Source: Octopus bimaculoides
Taxonomy: Eukaryota
Length of the DNA stretch: 64,000 nucleotides
Assembly (NCBI RefSeq): GCF_001194135.2
Contig: NC_068998.1
Coordinates: 38,523,585 to 38,587,584, forward strand
Reading direction: 5' to 3'
Part shown: positions 13,661-27,335 of the stretch, one piece after another
How the letters are laid out: each line of letters starts with the position of its first letter
Position numbering within the stretch: position 1 is the stretch's first letter
Made by a program: the position numbers and the translations under genes
Notes under the pieces: generated by a model
Told to the model about the DNA's origin: nothing
The model's database searches: none
What the model saw: the letters and a program-made list of their open reading frames with translations, nothing else

Positions 13661-15899
13661 AGAAGTAGATAGACTAATAAACAAACAGAACCAGCCACTA
13701 TCACCGCCTCCAACAAGCACCACCACTAACAACAACAACAACAACAATTCTACCACCACCACCACTACCACTGCTAGGAGCAACACTATTACAACCATAA
13801 GTACCACCAACAGAACAGCAATGGATGCCTTCACGACAATAGTAAGAACAGCTACAACATCAAAGAAGAAAATACAAGCCGCCGCCATCTCTACCGCGAC
13901 CATCACCACCGCTGCCAACACCGCCGCCGCTACCGACACCGACATCGAGGCAGCTCCTCCTTCATTCCCCTACAGGCAAATCACCCACATCACATCAACT
14001 GCAACAGCAATAACAAAAAAGCCACTGCTTCTGCCGCCATGACCACCACCACCAAAAACAACAACAACAACAACAAGGCCAACAGAAACGACAGACAGCG
14101 CCATCAATGGAACCACCACCACCACCACCACNNNNNNNNNNNNNNNNNNNNNNNNNNNNNNNNNNNNNNNNNNNNNNNNNNNNNNNNNNTAACAACGAGC
14201 GACGCCTTTCCCGCCATTGACAACAACAAAACAAACGCCCACCGCCAACAATACAACAGTTACAACAACAACAAAAGCCACTGCCTCCACCACCACCGCC
14301 GCCGCCGCCACCACCAACAACAACAACAACAACAGAACTCCATCGCCACCTTTCACAGCCCCAACCACCACCACCTAATAATACTACCACTACTGCAACC
14401 ACCACCACTACTACTACTACCAACAACAACAACAACAACAACAATACCAGTCCACCACCACCACCACCACTACAAACAACAACAACAATCAATAAAAAAG
14501 GAAAAAAAAGACAACAGCTGTGAAAACAATTATTGTAATAGAGTACAGTATATCATCATCATCAGCAGCAGCAGCAGTCACATCATCATCATCATCATCG
14601 TTATTACTACGATCGCCATAATCGTTACCGTTATCGTCGGCAGCATCACCATCGCTACCACTACCGCCATCTTCACTCTCGCCATCATCACGATCATCAT
14701 CACCATAACCATTGTCGTTATCAGTAATTTATCATTTACCATCTTCATCTCATATCGTTGTCATCTTCTTCACAAACATCATCATCATTGTCACCATCAT
14801 CATCATCATCATCATCATCAGCATCATCGCCATAACGAGTTCTATTAGGCCAAATCTAAACCTCCACAGTTCCACGACCACTTCATCACTACGCTATAAA
14901 GCCCGAACACTATAATAACATTGAACATACTATACTAGGCCATAGACCCCACAACACTATAAGGTAGAATCCACTGTACGAAACCACAACATTATACCAG
15001 TTATGGACAAACTGCAGCCCATGAAGCTTTCTGAATGGTATGCCTAACGAAAAATTAGGCTTTTAATGTATTTTAGTATTGCGGTCCGCCTGGCAGTAAG
15101 CTGTGTCTCATGTGACCTGTTTCTGAAAAGGTTGCTCATGCCTACACTATATACTAAGCCATAGAACCTGCAAAACTGTGAAAAGGATTTAGATAATCCT
15201 ATCAGGTGGTGCTATTAAGTTAGACATGGCCTGGACCAATCTTTGGTCGAAACATATCTAAGTTTTATCTAAGATAGACCACTCTATACTATGCCATAGA
15301 AGTCACGGCATCATACTATAAACCAATACTACGGTATGCCATACAACTTACACGCTAAACCACATGACAGAAATTTACATTGCACGATCCAAGAGAATCT
15401 GTCTGCAGTCGCTTAGTCTGCTGTATATAACAGATACATAATAAAGTGAGATGGTCATAACCGGAACGCCTTTTATTATTGGTCTACTTGATCAAAAGTA
15501 ACACTATACGTACAACTAAGACTGCAGCACAAAATAGTGCTTATAGTATGGAAGACGCTACACACAACTCAGCAAGACTATATAACATAGAAGATACAGC
15601 ATACTACACTACTGCTCATTGTCATAGAACATACCAAGCAACATTACACGCCATACAACGATATCACATGAATCATACAATACACTGCTTTCACAATATT
15701 CAATCCTCGATCCAGCTCCATCGACTATGTACGACCATCATAACAATTCTTAGTCTCCAACATGGTGACAGTGTTTCCTTCATAGCAAATTCATGGTGCT
15801 TATGTAGGCATCATGTCACTTCCTATGCATAATACATATTTCGCCAAAATTAATCAAGATTGAAAGGATATCGCTAAATCCACAAGGTTCTTTTTTTAA

Positions 15900-16040
15900 A
15901 TTCTTTCTCTGTTTCTTTTCTCTTATTCCTTTCTGTTGAAGAGCGTAGGCTCGAAACGTAAAAGACTTAGTTACCTTCCCGAGCGTCAAACTAATACATC
16001 TACTTGTTGTTCATACACATGTCTTCGTCTTTTGTTTTTC
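15900..16040 (+). mobile_element. Hammerhead-bearing short repeat (family 1), probable Penelope-like pLTR remnant
   Basis: Homologous to 7420-7560 (-) and ends in (TA)n. The Penelope link is inferred from the known association of minimal type-I hammerheads with Penelope-like elements. Confidence 0.55.
15929..15964 (+). ncRNA. Minimal hammerhead ribozyme, A6U core variant (family HH-1)
   Basis: Reads CTTT-CTGTTGA-A-GAGC(GTAG)GCTC-GAAACGTA-AAAG. Stem I is CTTT/AAAG, stem II is 4 bp with a tetraloop, stem III is the palindrome ACGU, and the triplet is GUA. Confidence 0.7.
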
Positions 16041-16884
16041 TATGCATATATATATATATATATANNNNNNNNNNNNNNNNNNNNNNNNNNNNNNNNNNNN
16101 NNNNNNNNNNNNNNNNNNNNNNNNNNNNNNNNNNNNNNNNNNNNNNNNNNNNNNNNNNNNNNNNNNNNNNNNNNNNNNNNNNNNNNNNNNNNNNNNNNNN
16201 NNNNNNNNNNNNNNNNNNNNNNNNNNNNNNNNNNNNNNNNNNNNNNNNNNNNNNNNNNNNNNNNNNNNNNNNNNNNNNNNNNNNNNNNNNNNNNNNNNNN
16301 NNNNNNNNNNNNNNNNNNNNNNNNNNNNNNNNNNNNNNNNNNNNNNNNNNNNNNNNNNNNNNNNNNNNNNNNNNNNNNNNNNNNNNNNNNNNNNNNNNNN
16401 NNNNNNNNNNNNNNNNNNNNNNNNNNNNNNNNNNNNNNNNNNNNNNNNNNNNNNNNNNNNNNNNNNNNNNNNNNNNNNNNNNNNNNNNNNNNNNNNNNNN
16501 NNNNNNNNNNNNNNNNNNNNNNNNNNNNNNNNNNNNNNNNNNNNNNNNNNNNNNNNNNNNNNNNNNNNNNNNNNNNNNNNNNNNNNNNNNNNNNNNNNNN
16601 NNNNNNNNNNNNNNNNNNNNNNNNNNNNNNNNNNNNNNNNNNNNNNNNNNNNNNNNNNNNNNNNNNNNNNNNNNNNNNNNNNNNNNNNNNNNNNNNNNNN
16701 NNNNNNNNNNNNNNNNNNNNNNNNNNNNNNNNNNNNNNNNNNNNNNNNNNNNNNNNNNNNNNNNNNNNNNNNNNNNNNNNNNNNNNNNNNNNNNNNNNNN
16801 NNNNNNNNNNNNNNNNNNNNNNNNNNNNNNNNNNNNNNNNNNNNNNNNNAGGGGCTAAACATAGAGGGGACAAACAAGGACAGA

Positions 16885-17062
16885 TAAAGGGATTAAGTCG
16901 ATTACATCGACTCCAGTGTGTAACTGGTACTTAATTTATCAACCCCGAAAGGGTGAAAGGCAAAGTCGACCTCGGCGGAATTTGAACTCAGAACATAAAG
17001 ACAGACGAAATACTGCTAAGCATTTCGTCCGGCATGCTAACGTTTCTGCCAGCTCACCGCCT
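16885..17062 (-). mobile_element. SINE family B
   Basis: Near-consensus reverse copy. Confidence 0.85.
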
Positions 17063-17093
<31 letters not shown>

Positions 17094-17559
17094 TTCTCCC
17101 ATTCCTTCTCTCTTACACCTCATGAGGCTACTTTCTACAGACATATAAAAAAATTTTAAATCATTTCTCCAAATTATAAATCTAATCCAGCATCAGCCAA
17201 ATTATGCTGATTGCAGTATCCCTGTCATATTTCTTGGGTGTTTTTGTAGAAAGAGAAACCTGGAGAAGAAAAGCGGTTTTAATTTCTTACGTCAATTGTA
17301 CCAAATAGTAAACCTGTTAATATAATGTAATAAAGCTTTGTTATTTTTTAGATTAAATCATTATTATATATAAATTTGTTTTGTGTAATATAAAATAATT
17401 AAAACTAACATATTGGATTATTGCGTGTTATACATATTACTGACGTCAAATTTGCCTTTCATATCTCCGGAATCCAATAACATCCTTGTCCAAAATTGCT
17501 GGCTTCGTTACCTAAATTAGACAGTGCATGTTTTTCAAGGCAATTTGAATCCCCCAAAA

Positions 17560-17885
17560 TCGCGAACTTTTATGATTTTTTCCCATCCATCATTACCTTT
17601 TACGATTATGGCAATTTTTGAAGCTGTTAGTCTATTGTGAAGATTACCACACCATCTTCCTTCGTTCGAGAAGATAAAGCAGTTTTCCTCTGTCTCGTAA
17701 AGGAGTGAAGTTGGATACTTTCTTCTTCGTTCAAGCCATCATCTTTTCACTTGTTTTATTTTCCTCACCTCTACCATCATATCAAGTCTCCTTGCTTCAT
17801 CAGTTTCTATAAGAAATCCCCTAAAACCTTGTTACTATCATTCACCATTACAGGCTCTGGCTCATGTTCTTCCTATTTTCCTGTC
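17560..17885 (-). mobile_element. R4/Dong-type LINE fragment (RLE endonuclease domain)
   Basis: Minus strand reads HEPEPVMVNDSNKVLGDFL...ARRLDMMV, similar to the HEPE-V-END--KILWDF...ARRPD motif. Degenerate. Confidence 0.7.
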
Positions 17886-17934
17886 ACTAAACATTCTTTT
17901 ACCGACGTAGTCATACCTGCGTTTATAGAGAAAG

Positions 17935-18275
17935 ACACAATAGAGAAAGAGCCGGTTTCTAACCTAGATCCAAGACTCCTTCAGTGGAATTTCAACATCA
18001 ACAGGGTATGTATGTATGTATGTGTGTGTGTATATATGTATGTATGTATGTATGTGTGCAGATTTGTATGTTTTGCTTTATGTATGTATTCTCATACATT
18101 TGGTTGCATATCTAGACATGCTCATATATATTTAAATGATAAACTTCCGGAAAGTTTTATAGATTTTTACAGTTCCAGTGATGGATTGGATCTGTAATCT
18201 TCGAATTAGCTTTCTCCTCTCTGGCTTTGAGAAGTCTAACTTCTCAAGATTGGTATTTAGGCAGTGTGTTGCATA
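17935..18275 (-). mobile_element. 3' end of a second Dong-like LINE with internal (CATA)n, nested in the previous element
   Basis: Minus strand reads KLIRRLQIQSITGTVKIYKTF*, the same C-terminus as the 37050-37130 and 49100-49180 copies. The 3' UTR motif tagaaaccggctctttc is shared with 49225. Confidence 0.7.
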
Positions 18276-18339
18276 GGTATGTATGTATTATGTATGTGTG
18301 AATATATATATATATATATATTGTGCTACCTTAACTGCA

Positions 18340-18770
18340 CTCATGTAGGAGATTATTGTTAATACCTTCGTCCCCTTTTCCACACATTCTGCGTTCGCTC
18401 TCAAGCTGAATTTCATCAATCCTCTCCTTCACCATATTCATTCAGTTGGCTTGTTCCTAAACGGCTATATTTTCTCGTTTCGGGTTTCCATCTGTCAGCT
18501 ACAAACAGCATTCTTCACTTCCAACATCTTCGATTCGTAGAATGAATTGGCCTCGAATCTCTTCTTTTTTCTGTTTATTTGTCCTGGCGTTCTTCCTTCA
18601 GTTCTTGAATTCGTTCACTGTTTCAGTGACTTTTCGCTATTTCTAGCCGTATAAAATAGTCTTCTTCCACTAAACACAACATAGTTTTTTTAAAAACCAG
18701 CATGGAAGCACTGACGGTGTCTCTTATATTTAACAAACTTCTGTCTTCTTCCTTTTTTGGTAAGTAAGAA
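18340..18770 (-). mobile_element. R4/Dong-type LINE fragment (thumb to zinc-knuckle region)
   Basis: Minus-strand translations GQFILRIEDVGSEE and MNMVKERIDEIQLESERRMCGKGDE match the pre-CCHC and CCHC region. The element continues at 17560-17885. Confidence 0.75.
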
Positions 18771-18799
18771 CATCAACAAAAAAAAAATCTTGTGTTATT

Positions 18800-19785
18800 T
18801 GTTTCGGTTCTTTACATTCTTAGTTCAAATTCTGCCGGGACTAACTTTGCTTTTCACCCCACCGGCGTGGATAAACTAAAATGCTCGTTAAAAACTAATT
18901 TGAATGATATAGACTTATTCTCTCCACTCAAAAATTAAACGCCTTGTGCCTGGATTAAAAGCATTTTATAATTACGAATTCGTAGAATTGTTAAAATATC
19001 GAAAAACTGCTTTGCGGTATTTCTTTTTATCTAACTTCTGAGTTCAGTTCGTGTCTTTTATCCCCCGAAAGTAGATAAAATGAAAGTACAAGCCAATTGA
19101 AGGTGTCTAAGTAATCGACTTAACCCCTCCCCTCAAACGTTGCTGGCCTTTTGCCTAAATTAGAAACAAGTATTTCTGGAATCGTTACAGCGTGGGAAAA
19201 CTTGCCCTGCCGTATTTATTCCGGGTCTTTATGTGTTCTGATTTCAACTCCTATCGCGGTCTACTTTGCCTTTCGTTCTTTCGGAGGTCGATTAAATAAA
19301 GTAGCTATCAAATTCTGGGTTTTATTTAATCAATTACTCCTCTCCCATCAAAACTACTGGCCTTGGCACAAGAGCAGCGAGTTCGTGAGATGGGGTAAGT
19401 CGATTACATCTACCCCGGAAGTATGAAAGGTAAAATTGAACTCAGCGGAATTTAAACTCAGAATGTAAAGACGGACGAAATGCCTCTAGGCATTTTCCGA
19501 GCGGACTAACGATTCTGCTAGTTCGCCGCCTTACACTTTGAGCCTACATGAAAGGACTATTAGACATAGCAGAATTTTTAAAGCGTCGGACAAAACGGTA
19601 GCCTTGCGGTATTTGTTCTGGCTTTTTAATGTGGTTCTGAGTTCAAACCTCGCTTAAGTCATCTTAGTCTTTCATCTCTCTGGTACGGATAAAGTAAAAT
19701 ACTAGTGACGTACAAGGGTCAATGCAATCGAATTGCTCAACCTTACTCAAAATTGTTGGTCTTGTGCCAAAATCAGAAAGAATAT
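18800..19785. mobile_element. Cluster of about five degenerate family B SINEs in both orientations
   Basis: Repeated gagttcaaat, gataaaataagtac and gtcgattacat motifs. The copy at 19370-19530 is on the minus strand. Confidence 0.7.
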
Positions 19786-19813
19786 TATTGTGCCATTAGG
19801 ATGGGGGGGGCGT

Positions 19814-20105
19814 TAGTATCGCGCATGGCTTAGAGGTTATGATATTGGACTCATGATCCTAAGATTGTGGTTTCGATCCTTGGCCCGGATGATGCGTTGT
19901 GTTCTTGAACAAAACACTTCATTTCACGTAGCTCCAGTCGAATCAGTTGGCAAAAATGAGCAAACCTGCGATGGACCGGCGTCCCGTCCAGGCGGAAGAA
20001 GATACCCGCCGCGGAAATCGGGAAATCAGCGTTATGAGTCTATAACTCATAGACCCATGAGCCTATATGACGCATAGACCCATGAGTCTATATGACTCGG
20101 AAAGG
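19814..20105 (+). mobile_element. SINE head H1 + tail T2
   Basis: H1 head followed by cctgcgatggaccggcgtcccgtccagg. There is a 25-bp tandem duplication near the 3' end. Confidence 0.8.
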
Positions 20106-20326
20106 ATCTTTATCTCTTTATTTGGGCGGCTAGTTGGCAGAATCAATTGTGCGGCGAACAAAGTTATTAGTCGCAGAAGTCAGCTTTGTCTTTCAACCTT
20201 TTTGGTTGATGAAAATAAAGCGCCAGTTAGGATTGGCATCAATATAATCGACTGACCCCTCCCCTCAAAATCGGTGGCCTTATACCCAAATTAGAAAGAA
20301 GTGGTATTAACATCTACAATATTGAA

Positions 20327-20548
20327 GATGGCGAGCTGGCAGAATCGTAAGGACGCCGGACAAAATGCTTAGCAGCATTTCGTCCGTCTTTATGTTCTGA
20401 GTTCAAATGCCGCCGAGGTCGACTTTGCCTTTCATCCTTTCAGGGTCGATGAAATAAGTACCAGTTATGTACCACTGTGGTCGATGTAATCGACTTTCCT
20501 TTACTCCAAAAAAAAGCACCTATCCCGCGTGCCAAAATTTAAAACCAT
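20327..20548 (+). mobile_element. tRNA-derived SINE (family B)
   Basis: ggcgagctggcagaatcg (A box)...gagttcaaat (B box)...ggggtcgatgtaatcgact. About 20 copies or fragments occur in the window. Confidence 0.85.
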
Positions 20549-21922
20549 CATCTGTAATACTGGTCACGTGTTTTCGGGTGTTGTGCTTTCAACGGCCTTA
20601 ACTATGGAATAAAAAATCGAATTTTCAATGTCATAAGTTGTTGTTGCTGTTGTAGTTAGNNNNNNNNNNNNNNNNNNNNNNNNNNNNNNNNNNNNNNNNN
20701 NNNNNNNNNNNNNNNNNNNNNNNNNNNNNNNNNNNNNNNNNNNNNNNNNNNNNNNNNNNNNNNNNNNNNNNNNNNNNNNNNNNNNNNNNNNNNNNNNNNN
20801 NNNNNNNNNNNNNNNNNNNNNNNNNNNNNNNNNNNNNNNNNNNNNNNNNNNNNNNNNNNNNNNNNNNNNNNNNNNNNNNNNNNNNNNNNNNNNNNNNNNN
20901 NNNNNNNNNNNNNNNNNNNNNNNNNNNNNNNNNNNNNNNNNNNNNNNNNNNNNNNNNNNNNNNNNNNNNNNNNNNNNNNNNNNNNNNNNNNNNNNNNNNN
21001 NNNNNNNNNNNNNNNNNNNNNNNNNNNNNNNNNNNNNNNNNNNNNNNNNNNNNNNNNNNNNNNNNNNNNNNNNNNNNNNNNNNNNNNNNNNNNNNNNNNN
21101 NNNNNNNNNNNNNNNNNNNNNNNNNNNNNNNNNNNNNNNNNNNNNNNNNNNNNNNNNNNNNNNNNNNNNNNNNNNNNNNNNNNNNNNNNNNNNNNNNNNN
21201 NNNNNNNNNNNNNNNNNNNNNNNNNNNNNNNNNNNNNNNNNNNNNNNNNNNNNNNNNNNNNNNNNNGTTTTATCATTATGTTGTTGTTGTTGTAGTTGTT
21301 GTAAATGGTGGTGGTGGCGGCGGCGGTGGATTTGGCATTCAACATTCTTATTATTATTCTTATTATTAATAAAGAACAACAATAAAAAAACAAATAAAAA
21401 AATTTCACTATTATTATTATTATTATTATTATTGTTATTGTTATTGTTATTATTATTATTCGTTGTTGTTGTTAACAAGCACACCTACCTCTCCCCTTCT
21501 ACCACCCACAAGCACCACCCCCGCATCGGTACTGTCTGCCCTCTGCCTTCCTTTTTTTCTCTTTTTTGTTTACGTTTTCTTGCTTTTCTTTTTTTTGTTA
21601 CGCCATCACCGCCCTCCCCCACGTATACACACCTACCGTCCTCCGTCTTAAAAACACCCCCTCCATACATCTACACCGCACATCTACATACGTACATAGG
21701 CGTATATGTATATATGTATGTATGTATGTATGTATATGTATAAGTATATATGTAAATATACATACACGGGCGTAGATAAATATACATACATACATACATA
21801 CATACATAGACACGCGCACACATATGGACGTATGTATATATATGTATCTTTGCACGTACATATAAATTTACGTGTGTGTGTGTATGTGTATGTGGGTATA
21901 CATATAAATACACAACACAGAC

Positions 21923-21975
<53 letters not shown>

Positions 21976-22045
21976 GTGTGTGTATATATATATATATGTA
22001 TGTATGTATGTATGTGTGGGGGTGTTTGTATGTGCATATAAATAC

Positions 22046-22110
<65 letters not shown>

Positions 22111-22164
22111 TACATACACATTTATTCTATAGATACGCAAAGCTCTTTAGTAGCCAACATAGGA

Positions 22165-22355
22165 GCCTCTACGCGGTCGCTCCACGTGCTAGAAACAGCA
22201 GCAAGTCTTCACTCAACTATCAGTATTGGATAGGATAAAACTAGCTTTCCTCATACATAGAAGTAAAAAAAAGTAACTGGATAGTCACGGCTGGAATGCT
22301 TTCCATCAGAGGTCTACTATGATCAGAGTTGACCTGGGGCTAAACAGCAAAAACA
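22165..22355 (+). repeat. Unclassified interspersed repeat (family G)
   Basis: ctctacgcggtcgc...gctagaaa(c/t)agcagc...gtcacggctggaatgc. Fragments at 8450-8510, 28245-28400, 45730-45910, 53515-53570, 60345-60520 and 61380-61460. Confidence 0.6.
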
Positions 22356-23220
22356 TCTAGTCTTGATGTTAATATTTCTTTTGTTTTGTTATTTATCTTT
22401 GTTTTATCTCCTCTTTTCTATGTCTATGTCAGCCTCTCTTTTTCTCACATTCACCTTCTTACTCTCTCCCATTCTCTCTATTTTTGTTTGTTTCTTTCTT
22501 TCTCTCCTTTTTTTATTTTAATTATTTTTTCTTTTTTTTTTCTCTTTCTGTTCCTGAATGTAACAGAATTTCTTTTCTTCGCCCTCTCTGTCTGATACTT
22601 ACACACACACAAACACACAAAACACACACACACGCACAAACATTCTTTCACACTCACACACACATACACTTACACACACACTCACACATAAACACATGCA
22701 GGCAAAAATTAAAAATTACGCACACATTACATGTACAAAAATATAGATATACAACATATACACACACAAAACACACAAACCAAACACACACAAAACACAC
22801 ACACACAAGTATTTACACATACCTTCGCATATATAACAACTACCTAAGAATCGTCCATACACAGACATACACACACACACACACATACAAAACACAGAAT
22901 TATAGCCATACAGATGCACACACAAGCAACACAAAATACATACAACACACACATTCAGTTACACACACGAGCCATGCACTTAGACATACCTATACATACA
23001 CTATTAATGGATCAGGCATAACCACACACACACACACACACACAACCCCCCACACAATCCACACACACACACACACACACACACGCAATCCACACGCACA
23101 ACACACATATACACGTACATTCTGATAGTCAGCACAACGCATACATGTACATATGCAATTAAAATTTACGCACATACGCTCATACATACACACACACAAA
23201 GACACACGCACATGTGTGTG

Positions 23221-23263
<43 letters not shown>

Positions 23264-24199
23264 GGCTGAAGCTACAAACAAAATATACATACATATATAC
23301 ACGTAATAGAAGAAACATGCATACATATACAGATACACATATACGTACACCAACCCTCATAATTAGTAATATTTTTATTATTTTTTTTCTTTTTTCATCA
23401 TACACAACACACACACACACATACACATACACACACACATCCATACAGACATGTACACACAATGCAATCCTTTTGACCAAGGAAGTCCTCAAATCTCTTG
23501 AAGACTGTCTTCCATAACTACCGCCAAAACGCACAGTTATATACACACACACACATACACACGCACACACACGCAAAATCGCGCGCACATACACGCATAC
23601 GCACACACACATGCACGCACGCACACCCACGCTCACACACACACACTCCGCTCTCTCCTGCACCAATCCGCCTACTTAACACCTTCTCTACCCCTTCCCA
23701 CATTAACATACTGCCCCAATCCCCCCCCCCNNNNNNNNNNNNNNNNNNNNNNNNNNNNNNNNNNNNNNNNNNNNNNNNNNNNNNNNNNNNNNNNNNNNNN
23801 NNNNNNNNNNNNNNNNNNNNNNNNNNNNNNNNCCCCTTCCAGCCAACCCCTACCACCTCCGTACCTTCTTCCCTTCTGGCTAATTAGTTTTTAATCCACT
23901 GATTGTATCCTAATAACATGTCTTTCCCCTTCCGATTCGGACATTTGTCACACACACACACACACACACATACACACAAACACACTTCTCTCACACATCA
24001 CTACACCATCCCCCCTTCTTTCCGTAACCACCCCATCATCCATACACATTCCCTCCTCTGCCATTCTCTCCCTTTTCTCTTTTTCTCTCTCTTTTTCTAA
24101 ATATCATCCCCAACCGACCATTTTCCTACAAGACACTTGCCCCTCATCTAATTGCCAACATCATGTCCGCAGCAACACCCATCCATCCTTTGTGCCCCG

Positions 24200-24565
24200 A
24201 TATTCTCCTCCCTCTCTCTGTCTCTGTCTCTCACTTTCACTCTCTTTCTCTCTCTCTCTTCCCTGTGCTCTCACTTCCCTATGCTCTCTCTTTGTTTTTC
24301 TCTCTCTTCCTCTCCCCTTCTTTCTCATTCTCTCTTCCTTTCGTTCTTTCTCTCTCTCTCTTTTCCTTTCTCACTCAACTTCTCTCCTTTTCTCTTTGTT
24401 TTTCTTTCCTTTTCCCCTCTCTCTTTCCTTCTCTCCCTCTCTTTCTCTCTCTTCCTCTCGTCCTCTCTCTCTTCCTCTCCTTCTGTCTCCCTTTCCCTAT
24501 CTCTCTCCTTTTCTCTCTCTCATTCACTTTTCCTTTCGCAATCTCTCTCTCTCTCTCTCTCTTTC
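24200..24565. repeat. Polypyrimidine (CT-rich) tract
   Basis: Direct reading. Confidence 0.9.
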
Positions 24566-25719
24566 CCTTTATCGACCACTTGACCTTACCATCACCACTA
24601 ACCGTCACACTACCACCCACCACCCATTACTCTTATCACCACAAACGCCATCATCCTCACAACATATTCCGTGCCACTCACTCGTGAAACGCCACTCATC
24701 GATAGCACTTCCACAACTCCCACATCATCACAATCAACCTCACCACCAACACCAACACCACCTCCAACACCACCACCAACAACACCAACACTACCTCCAA
24801 AACCACCACCAGCAACAACACCAACACTACCAACAACACCACCCCACCATCATCACCAACAACAACACCNNNNNNNNNNNNNNNNNNNNNNNNNNNNNNN
24901 NNNNNNNNNNNNNNNNNNNNNNNNNNNNNNNNNNNNNNNNNNNNNNNNNNNNNNNNNNNNNNNNNNNNNNNNNNNNNNNNNNNNNNNNNNNNNNNNNNNN
25001 NNNNNNNNNNNNNNNNNNNNNNNNNNNNNNNNNNNNNNNNNNNNNNNNNNNNNNNNNNNNNNNNNNNNNNNNNNNNNNNNNNNNNNNNNNNNNNNNNNNN
25101 NNNNNNNNNNNNNNNNNNNNNNNNNNNNNNNNNNNNNNNNNNNNNNNNNNNNNNNNNNNNNNNNNNNNNNNNNNNNNNNNNNNNNNNNNNNNNNNNNNNN
25201 NNNNNNNNNNNNNACCACTACCATCGCCAACGCATTGCACCTGCCACCATTTTAACCAAATTACCACCACAACATCACATCGCAACATTACATTAACACA
25301 CTCATAACCTCTACCTCCGTCAACCACATTACCACACGCACGGACACACACAAGCACACGCGCGCGCACACGCACGCACACACACACACACACGCACGCA
25401 CATATATACAGGCGCACACGCGCAGGCACACACACACACACACGCACATACTAACTCCGCAATATGGTAAGATCTCGAACCGCGCACCACCTTCAGAGTA
25501 TCATTCCACCAACCAGTTCATTACAACCATCAAATTATGATAATTAAATTAAGGAGGTGATGGACTGAAAAAAATAACTAAAACACACAAAAAAACCCTC
25601 AAATAATTGAAATTACCCTCTTAGTGGGAGAAGGAACACAAAAGCCTAAACGTTAATCGTTAGCGACTCTCAAACAAAAAGGGGAGATAATTTCTGTAAT
25701 TTGGTTTCAAATTTTGACA

Positions 25720-27240
25720 CAAGGACTGCAATTTCAAACGGAGGGATTAAGTCGATTACATAGACCCTGGTGTTTCACTGCTGCTTATTTTATTCGTTTC
25801 TACTCTAGGCATAAGGCCCGAAATTTTGGGGGAGGGAACCAATCGATTAGATCGACCCCAGTACGCAACTGCTACTTATTTTATTGACGCCGAAAGGATG
25901 AACGGCAACGTTGACCCTGGCAAGATTTGAATTCAGAATGTAAGGACGTAAGATATGACGTTGAACATGTTTGGCCTGCACTGTAACGGTTCTACCAGAT
26001 CAGCGCCTTAGATAATTTCAGTAAATTAAGAATTAATTTCATATGATTCGTTTATGTACTCAGAGAAAAATTTGAGATTTGCTTGCAAGCAAGGGCAACA
26101 ATTGCAGACTTGTTCCAACCTCAATAGATTTCATCAGGATAATGTAGCCGACACAAGCCTGATTTGTTTAGTTGGTTAGCATTAATGTTTATGTGTAAAC
26201 AAATACGTAAATGTTTGACCCGTAATAATTTATATAATTAAGAAATAAAGTGCGGCAATACAATTAATTCAAGAGAGCCAATGTCGTAAATTAAAATTAA
26301 TTCAGAGGCGATGTACTAATTAAAATTGTCCTCTTAGATAAAGAAAAATAAAACTTGGAGTTAATTGTTAGCGACCCTTTAAGGTGACGAGCAGAGAGAA
26401 TCATTAGGATGCCGGACAAAACGCTTAGCGGCAGTTCTTCTAGCTTTGCGATCTGAGTTCAATTTCTGCCGATGTCGACTTTGCCGTTCGCCTCAGCCAT
26501 CCTTTCAGGATCGATAAAATAAGTAGCAGTTGAGGAACGGAATCGATGCAATCGCCTTGCTCCCTCACTTCAAATTGCCGGCCTTATTTCTATTTTAAAA
26601 AGAATTGTATAAGGCGGTGGTCTGGCAGAATCGTTAGCGCGCCGAACAAAAACGATTAACCGCATTTCTTCCGGCTTCCCGTTCTGAGTTCAACTTCCAG
26701 CGAGGTCGATTCTGCCTTTCATCTTTCGTTTCAAACTGCTGGCCTTGTGCTTATATTAGAAAAGCTTATAATAGGCGAGGAGCTGGCAGAATCATTAGCA
26801 CGCCGGAGAAAATAATTAGTAACATTTCTTCTGGCTTCCCGTTCCGAGGTCAACTTTTTCCTTTTATCTTTCATCCTATCGGGTTTGGTAAAATAAGTAT
26901 CATTTGAAGAATGGAGTCGATGGCAAAATTTCAGGCCTTTCGTCATTATAGTAGAAACGTAAAAAATGGTGGGGAAATAATTTCAAAATATTACGTAGTT
27001 ATTTCAGATCGTCGTTGTATATAATCCTTTCTAATATAAACACAAGGCCAGCAATTTGAAGGAAGGGAGCGAGTCGATTACGTCGACTCTTTTCCTCAGA
27101 TGGTATCTATTTCATTAAACCTGAAAGGAGGCGAAAGGCAAAGTCGACATCAGCGGAAGTTGAGCTCAGGTCGCAAAGCCAGAAGAATTGCCGCTAAGCG
27201 TTTTGTCCAGCGTTCAAATGATTCTGTCTGGCTCACCACA
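25720..27240. mobile_element. Cluster of family B SINEs
   Basis: Copies at 25720-26010(-), 26380-26590(+), 26612-26750(+), 26775-26950(+) and 27040-27237(-). Confidence 0.8.
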
Positions 27241-27335
27241 TTAAAGGGTCGCCAACAATTAACTCTAAGTTTTATTTTTCTGTATCTAAGAGGACAATTT
27301 TAATTAGTACATCGCCTCCGAATTAATTTAAATTT
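26288..27335. repeat. ~320-bp-arm inverted duplication
   Basis: 26288-26611 is the reverse complement of 27018-27335, including ~100 bp of non-SINE flank. Confidence 0.9.

Noticed and set aside
11568-14848. His/Thr-, Cys/Val- and Tyr/Ile-rich ORFs
   Set aside because: They are translations of (CA)n, (TA)n, (CAC)n and (CAT)n tracts.
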